Source: a virus
Lineage: Duplodnaviria > Caudoviricetes
Strand: one strand, 5' to 3'
Length of the DNA: 39,249 bases
IMG/VR virus record: IMGVR_UViG_3300030376_002859
Span: 1-39,249 of that record
Shown here piece after piece: positions 34,061 to 39,249 of the stretch (the stretch's first letter is position 1; the number at the start of each line of letters is the position of its first letter). Under the pieces are notes generated by a model, which searched no databases, was not told the origin of the DNA, and was given only the letters and a program-made list of their open reading frames with translations. The position numbers and the translations under genes were made by a program.

Positions 34061-34933
34061 ATGTCAGAAGAAGTAGAATTAAAAAAAGATGAAGCCACAG
34101 GCGATACAATTATGAAAAAGCCTGTAAGGTATAAAAGAGCAGAACCAACTATGCAAGAGTTAGCTGCTGAAGAAGAATTAAAAACAAGAGAAGGTTCTAA
34201 AGAAGAAACAACTGAAGAAGTTACAGAAGAACCTGCTAATGCTGAAGAAGCATCATTTAAGAAAAGATATGGTGATTTAAGAAGACATGCTCAAAAAGTT
34301 GCAGATGAAAAAGATGCAGAGCTTGAAAAAGTTAAAAAACAATTAGCAGAAGCTACTAAGAAACAAATAAAGCTTCCTAAAACAGATGAAGAACTAGAAG
34401 CATGGTCTGCTGAATATCCTGATGTAGCAAGAATAATAGAAACTATTGCTATTAAAAAATCAAAAGAAATGAATGCATCTATTGAAGAACGCTTAGAATC
34501 TATCGCTGCAAAAGAACAAAAGTCAGCAAAACAAATAGCAGAAGCAGAGCTATTAAGATTACATCCTGACTTTGAAGACATTAGAAATGATGTTAAATTT
34601 CACGATTGGGCTGAAGAACAACCTGAATATATTCAAAAAGCTTTATACGATAACGAAACAGATGCTAAAGCTGCATCTCGTGCTATTGATTTATATAAAG
34701 CAGATATGGGTATTACAGGTAAGAAAAAAGCAAAGTCTACAGACGCTGCTAAAGCAGTAAAGATAAAAGGTGGTTCTACTCCTTCAGACAGTGCTAGTTC
34801 TTCAGATATCATAAAAGAGTCTGATGTTGCAAGAATGACATCACAAGAATATTCAGCAAATGAAGAAGCTATTGCTAATGCAATACGTTCTGGAAACTTT
34901 GAATATGATGTTAGTGGAGCAGCTAGACAGTAA
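34061..34933 (+). CDS. Capsid scaffolding protein
   Basis: Acidic helical protein upstream of the capsid gene; FKKRYGDLRRH, HPDFEDI, RAIDLYK. Confidence 0.8.
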   Translation: MSEEVELKKDEATGDTIMKKPVRYKRAEPTMQELAAEEELKTREGSKEETTEEVTEEPANAEEASFKKRYGDLRRHAQKVADEKDAELEKVKKQLAEATKKQIKLPKTDEELEAWSAEYPDVARIIETIAIKKSKEMNASIEERLESIAAKEQKSAKQIAEAELLRLHPDFEDIRNDVKFHDWAEEQPEYIQKALYDNETDAKAASRAIDLYKADMGITGKKKAKSTDAAKAVKIKGGSTPSDSASSSDIIKESDVARMTSQEYSANEEAIANAIRSGNFEYDVSGAARQ

Positions 34934-34934
34934 T

Positions 34935-34971
34935 AATAGGTTGACAAAACCTATTTTTTGTATATGTATGT
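34935..34971 (+). promoter_or_regulatory. Putative late promoter copy 2 overlapping a terminator-like hairpin
   Basis: TTGACAAAAC-N11-ATATGTATGT at 34941; AATAGGTT/AACCTATT stem followed by a T run. Confidence 0.6.
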
Positions 34972-34990
34972 AACATATACTACAACCGTA

Positions 34991-35139
34991 GTAGGCCGAA
35001 AGTGTCAAATATATTTGACATTTATCCCACCCTACACTTACCAAACGAAATTCACTCAGGCTACCTGATGTTATGGCCTCTAGGCATAGACACCCATTTT
35101 CAGCATCAGCCCTTACGAAGTGAGGTTATCGTTTGTTGG
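34991..35139 (+). ncRNA. Structured 5' leader of the major capsid gene with three C(N)AC/CC internal loops
   Basis: Hairpin 34991-35035 (GTAGG/CCTAC, CC opposite CCAC, TGTCAAAT/ATTTGACA). Hairpin 35041-35139 (CAAACGA/TCGTTTG, TTCACT/AGTGAG, AGG/CTT, CTAC opposite CC, CTGATGT/GCATCAG, ATGG/CCAT, CC opposite CAC, TCTA-GGCA-TAGA). Confidence 0.75.
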
Positions 35140-35165
35140 CCTCTAATATAAAAAGGAGAAAACAG

Positions 35166-36239
35166 ATGGCTTTTAAAGTAGCGTCAGGTTATACAAACCT
35201 ACCTAATGGTAATTTCTCTCCAGTTATTTACAGTCAAAAGGTTCAACAAGCTTTTCGTAAGAGTTCCGTTGCTGAATCAATTACTAACAATGACTACTTT
35301 GGAGAAATTGCAAACTTTGGTGATACAGTTCGTATCATTAAAGAGCCAGAAATAACAGTTAGAGCGTATTCTCGTGGTACTACAGTCACACCGCAAGACT
35401 TAGACGATGAGGATTTCACACTAGTTGTTGATCAGGCAAACTACTTTGCTTTTAAAATGGATGATATTGAGGAAGCTCACTCTCATGTTAATTTTGAAAG
35501 CATGGCATCAGATAGAGCAGGCTATAGACTTCGTGATCAATACGATCAAGAAGTTCTTGGTTACCTATCTGGTTTTAAACAATCAGCTTTAAGTACAGTA
35601 GCAGATACCGCTAATGATGTAGTATCAGGCTCTAAAGCTGTAAGCACAGCAGGAAGTAATGAATTATTATCTTCAATGACTTTGAAAAAAGGTGATTTTG
35701 GTAACATTACAACTTCTTCAGCAGGCGATCATTCTATCCCTCTAGCAGTAAGAATGCCTGGAGCAACAGCAGCAGCGACAGCTACTGCAACACCGCTTCA
35801 AGTAGTAGCTAGAATGGCTAGATTATTGAATCAACAACAAGTTGATACAGCAGGTCGTTGGCTAGTAGTTGATCCTGTATTCATGGAACTATTATCAGAT
35901 GAAGATTCTAGACTATTAAACAATGACACCGCAGATAAAGGTGGACTTGTAAATGGTATTTCAATCGGTAATCTACATGGTTTCGATGTATATGTTTCTA
36001 GTAACTTACCTTCAGTTGGAACTGGTTCAGCAACCTCTGGTGATGCTAACCAAAATTCTAACTTTGGTGTTATTGTTGCAGGACATAGTTCAGCAGTAGC
36101 AACTGCTTCTCAGATCAATAAAGTTGAATCTTACCGTGATCCTGAATCATTCGCTGACATAGTCAGAGGAATGCAGATGTACGGAAGAAAAATCCTAAGA
36201 CCTGAAGGCATTGTGACAGCTAAATATAACGCAGCGTAA
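35166..36239 (+). CDS. Major capsid protein (start reassigned to MAFKVASG)
   Basis: AAAGGAG SD before ATG 35166; FSPVIYS, GEIANFGDTVRI, YFAFKMDDIE, FADIVRGMQMYGRKILRPEG; P22-coat-like. Confidence 0.9.
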   Translation: MAFKVASGYTNLPNGNFSPVIYSQKVQQAFRKSSVAESITNNDYFGEIANFGDTVRIIKEPEITVRAYSRGTTVTPQDLDDEDFTLVVDQANYFAFKMDDIEEAHSHVNFESMASDRAGYRLRDQYDQEVLGYLSGFKQSALSTVADTANDVVSGSKAVSTAGSNELLSSMTLKKGDFGNITTSSAGDHSIPLAVRMPGATAAATATATPLQVVARMARLLNQQQVDTAGRWLVVDPVFMELLSDEDSRLLNNDTADKGGLVNGISIGNLHGFDVYVSSNLPSVGTGSATSGDANQNSNFGVIVAGHSSAVATASQINKVESYRDPESFADIVRGMQMYGRKILRPEGIVTAKYNAA

Positions 36240-36251
36240 GGGAGATAAAAC

Positions 36252-36785
36252 ATGGCAACTTTTGATTTGACAGCTAAATCCACTACAGGCGTTAGTTCTG
36301 ACTCAACAGCAACTCTACCAGGTAATCGTAGAGGAGCATATGTAATTGAAAAAGAATTAGACATTGCTAAATTAGTATCAGAAGGTACATTTACTAATGG
36401 TACAAATGGCGATATTTTTCAATTACTAGAAGTTCCTGCTAATACTATTGTTATTGCAGCAGGTGCTGAATGTACTACAGCTTTTACAGGTGCTTCTGTA
36501 ACTGTAGACGTTGACTTTGCAGCAGGTGATGACATTGTTGATGGCGGAGACGTTTCATCTACTGGTTATCTTGCAGCAGGTACTAATGGTCAAGCAAACA
36601 TCGTTAATACAGGTGCAGCCAATACTTATACAGCTTTAATATCTACAGCAGATACTATTGATGTAAAACTTATTGTTGGCGATACTAATTGTGTTAGTGG
36701 AGTACTTAGAGTTTATGCAGTCCTAGCTGACATTTCTTCTCAACAAACAGGAAGAACTGTAGCAGATAGAGATCTATTAGCATAA
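36252..36785 (+). CDS. Putative capsid decoration/minor capsid protein
   Basis: Directly after the capsid gene in the same unit; beta-rich, A/T/G-rich, GDIFQLLEVPANT..DTIDV..GVLRVYAVL. Confidence 0.65.
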   Translation: MATFDLTAKSTTGVSSDSTATLPGNRRGAYVIEKELDIAKLVSEGTFTNGTNGDIFQLLEVPANTIVIAAGAECTTAFTGASVTVDVDFAAGDDIVDGGDVSSTGYLAAGTNGQANIVNTGAANTYTALISTADTIDVKLIVGDTNCVSGVLRVYAVLADISSQQTGRTVADRDLLA

Positions 36786-36798
36786 ATATTTTTCTAGG

Positions 36799-36840
36799 AG
36801 TAGGAGGGATAAGTATTTCTTGTCCTTCCTACTATTTATT
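36799..36840 (+). terminator. Terminator/attenuator hairpin after the capsid genes
   Basis: 15-bp stem AGTAGGAGGGATAAG/CTTGTCCTTCCTACT then ATTTATT (weak U-tract). Confidence 0.65.
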
Positions 36841-36842
36841 AT

Positions 36843-37544
36843 ATGGCATATACATATTTAGACATAACAAATGAAGCGTTAAAAAGAATTAATGAAGTAC
36901 AATTAACTAGTTCTACTTTTTCTTCTGCTGTAGGAATACAAGGATTAGCTAAAGACGCAGTTAATAATTCTCAAAGAGATATATTTATGTCTGAACAAGA
37001 ATGGCCTTTTGCTTATGCAGAAACAAGCCAAACATTAACAGCAGGAACAAAAGAATACGCATTAACTTCTGGCTTTTTAAAAATAGATATTGATACAGTT
37101 TTAATAGACAGAAATGACACACTTAATGTAGAAGAAACACATTTAATACCTGTATCTTATCAAGAGTATGTAGATAGGTATAAAGAAAGAGATGAACAAA
37201 GAGATTCAGGAGATTTTGAAATTCCAAGATTTGTTTATTTAACTCCTGACTATAGATTAGGCGTAAGTCCTACACCAGATAAAGCATATGTAGTTAAATA
37301 TACTTATTTTAAAACAGCTACAGAATTAAGTGCAGGAACTGATATTCCAGAAGTTTCTTCACAATTTAAAAATACACTTATAGATGGCACTATGTATCAT
37401 TTATATATGATGAGAGATAATGCAGAATTAGCAGCATTATCTAAAAGAAATTTTGATGAGGGTATAGAAAAAATGCGAACTATCTTAATAAATCGTTATA
37501 TACGGATGAGGGATACTAGAGTATCGCAAGTGATTAATGACTGA
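36843..37544 (+). CDS. Head-tail adaptor (tail tubular protein A-like)
   Basis: TYLDITNEALKRINE, WPF, PTPDKAY; position after the capsid genes. Confidence 0.75.
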   Translation: MAYTYLDITNEALKRINEVQLTSSTFSSAVGIQGLAKDAVNNSQRDIFMSEQEWPFAYAETSQTLTAGTKEYALTSGFLKIDIDTVLIDRNDTLNVEETHLIPVSYQEYVDRYKERDEQRDSGDFEIPRFVYLTPDYRLGVSPTPDKAYVVKYTYFKTATELSAGTDIPEVSSQFKNTLIDGTMYHLYMMRDNAELAALSKRNFDEGIEKMRTILINRYIRMRDTRVSQVIND

Positions 37545-39102
37545 TAGATTAGCCGTAGCAAAAATACCTTGTAGAGGAGGATTGTATACTAACGAAGATT
37601 TTTTAACTCTTAGTGACACTGCACCTGGCTCTGCTACAAAACTTGTTAATTTTGAAGTATCACCTTATGGTGGTTATAGAAGAATAAGTGGTTATAAATA
37701 TTTAGATGCTAGTCATACTAGTCCTACAGGTACAGGAGCAGTACTAGGATTATTTATATATAATGATGCTGTATATGCTGCTAGAAAAAAATCATCAGGC
37801 ACAGATTATGATGTATTAAAATATGGTTCAGGGTCTGGTTGGTCTTCAACAAGTTTAACAGCAGGGCAATCAGCTACTGACGTATTAAGAGTAAGAGGTT
37901 TAACGCATTCTTTTACAGGAAATAAGTCTCTTATTTTAACAGATGGTATCAACTTTCCTATGAGATTAGTAGATACTACTTGGACAAAATTAAATGGCTC
38001 ATCAGATGTAGACAATGCATCTTTTGCAGAAACATATAAAAATAGATTATTTTTTGCAGGAATGAGTCAAAAACCACAACTGCTTGTTTTTACAGCACCA
38101 AATAGCGATAGTGATTTTAGTGCTGCAGGAGGAGCAGGAAGTATAAATGTTGGTTTTGATATAATGGCACTAAAAAGATTTAGAGATGCTGTTTATATTT
38201 TTGGAAAAACAAATATAAGAAAACTAACAGGAGACAGTATAAATTCTTTTGTAATACAAGAAGTATCTAATAGTGTAGGTTGTGTTGCAAGTGACAGTGT
38301 GGTAGAAATAGGTGGTGATGTATTATTTTTAGCACCAGATGGTATAAGAACTATACAAGGTACAGAAAGAATAGGTGATATTGAATTAGCAACAATATCA
38401 AAAAATATACAACAAACATTACAGTTAATAGATGTTGATTTTAATTTTAATCAATTAGTAGCTACAGTGGTAAGAGAAAAATCACAATTTAGATATTTTT
38501 TTGGTAAAAGTACATTAACTGCAAAAAATACAGGAGGATTTTTAGGAGGTCTAAGAACTTCAGATCAAAGAATGGGTTGGGAGTTTAGTGAATTAAGAGG
38601 GTTTCAAGCTAATTGTGTAACTAGTGGCTATATAGGAGATGATGAGTTTGTATTACACGGAGACCATAGCGGTTTTGTATACAGACAAGAACAAGGCGGA
38701 ACGTTTCAAGATGATAATGTTTATGCTACATTTCAATCTCCTTTTTTAGATTTTGGAAATACAGAACAAAGAAAAATATTTTCACAAGTAACTATATTTA
38801 CTAGACCAGAAGGAGACAATACGTTTTTAGTAACAGCAGACTATGATTGGTTAGACTCTGATTATTCTAGTCCTGATGATTATACAATAAATTCAACAGG
38901 AGGTTATGCAGAGTATAGAGATACACAAACACCATATAATACCGCAGGTTTTGTGTACGGTGGTGCTACTAAACCTGTAATACGACAAGGAATACAAGGT
39001 TCAGGACACGCTATACAATTTAAGTTTGTTACAACAGCATCAGCAAATCCATATACTATTTTTGGATTTGCAGTACAATATGGAGAGGCAGGAGTAAGAT
39101 AA
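37537..39102 (+). CDS. Tail nozzle/stabilisation protein (tail tubular protein B-like)
   Basis: GGL..NFE....GGYRRI.GY N-terminus, beta-propeller-like repeats (YKNRLFFAG, GCVASDSVVEIGGDVLFLAPDGIR). Confidence 0.75.
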   Translation: MTDRLAVAKIPCRGGLYTNEDFLTLSDTAPGSATKLVNFEVSPYGGYRRISGYKYLDASHTSPTGTGAVLGLFIYNDAVYAARKKSSGTDYDVLKYGSGSGWSSTSLTAGQSATDVLRVRGLTHSFTGNKSLILTDGINFPMRLVDTTWTKLNGSSDVDNASFAETYKNRLFFAGMSQKPQLLVFTAPNSDSDFSAAGGAGSINVGFDIMALKRFRDAVYIFGKTNIRKLTGDSINSFVIQEVSNSVGCVASDSVVEIGGDVLFLAPDGIRTIQGTERIGDIELATISKNIQQTLQLIDVDFNFNQLVATVVREKSQFRYFFGKSTLTAKNTGGFLGGLRTSDQRMGWEFSELRGFQANCVTSGYIGDDEFVLHGDHSGFVYRQEQGGTFQDDNVYATFQSPFLDFGNTEQRKIFSQVTIFTRPEGDNTFLVTADYDWLDSDYSSPDDYTINSTGGYAEYRDTQTPYNTAGFVYGGATKPVIRQGIQGSGHAIQFKFVTTASANPYTIFGFAVQYGEAGVR

Positions 39103-39249
39103 TGGCAGGATATACAAGACAAAGTTCAAGTAGTATCGCAGATGGTGAGGTAATTACAGCAGCCCCACTTAATAGTGAGTTTGATGCATTACTAGCAGCA
39201 TTTGCATTTAGTGGAGGCCATAATCATGATGGCACATCTACTGAAGGTG
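39102..39249 (+). CDS. Tail fibre N-terminus (truncated by the window edge)
   Basis: MAGYTRQSSSSIADGEVITAAPLNSEFDALLAAF..GHNHDGT; TAATG coupling, AGGAG SD. Confidence 0.7.
   Translation, partial: MAGYTRQSSSSIADGEVITAAPLNSEFDALLAAFAFSGGHNHDGTSTEG

Noticed and set aside
35133-35165. TTG start for the major capsid protein given in the ORF track
   Set aside because: It lies inside the leader stem with no SD; ATG 35166 has AAAGGAG at normal spacing.
1121-39122. Many antisense or nested ORFs in the track (e.g. 1121-1378, 3281-3532, 8254-8505, 13671-13922, 15369-16682, 27145-27492, 28408-28776, 34291-35044, 38904-39122)
   Set aside because: They shadow well-supported genes, lack SDs and have Ser/Leu/Phe-rich antisense composition.
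1-39249. Alternative genetic code or stop-codon reassignment
   Set aside because: Core genes are full length under the standard code, and TAA, TAG and TGA all end coupled genes.

Overview
AT-rich dsDNA podophage genome segment, most like marine HMO-2011-type phages of Alphaproteobacteria (family-A DNA polymerase with a DnaJ-type zinc-finger insert, separate primase and helicase, class II RNR, podovirus head and tail genes). It has two opposed arms. The minus-strand early/replication arm (22070->2584) carries small early genes, a gp88-like protein, a very large C5 methyltransferase, primase, helicase, PolA, a probable ssDNA-binding protein, an exonuclease, nrdJ and holin-like genes. The plus-strand late arm (22816->end, apparently resuming at 6-2278) carries an HNH gene, a cluster of basic mini-proteins, terminase, portal, a lysozyme-bearing internal protein, scaffold, major capsid and tail genes. 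No integrase, RNA polymerase, clear endolysin, tRNA or CRISPR array is seen. Strongest leads: (1) a repeated, covarying C-loop-like RNA element (C(N)AC opposite CC, 5 copies) in the leaders of the scaffold and capsid genes; (2) a hydrophobic-x-x-Gly-Gly motif shared by basic mini-proteins and the 902-aa internal protein, next to an orphan 220-aa Cys/His protein that could be its protease; (3) a methyltransferase with about 7 tandem TRD-like modules, one flanked by an in-frame 21-bp direct repeat; (4) a perfect Irr/ICE iron box among five TGT-N12-ACA-like palindromes at the divergent junction; (5) an SD-sequestered 21-aa hydrophobic peptide and a helically periodic element at the convergent junction. 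All family calls come from motif recognition by eye, not database searches.
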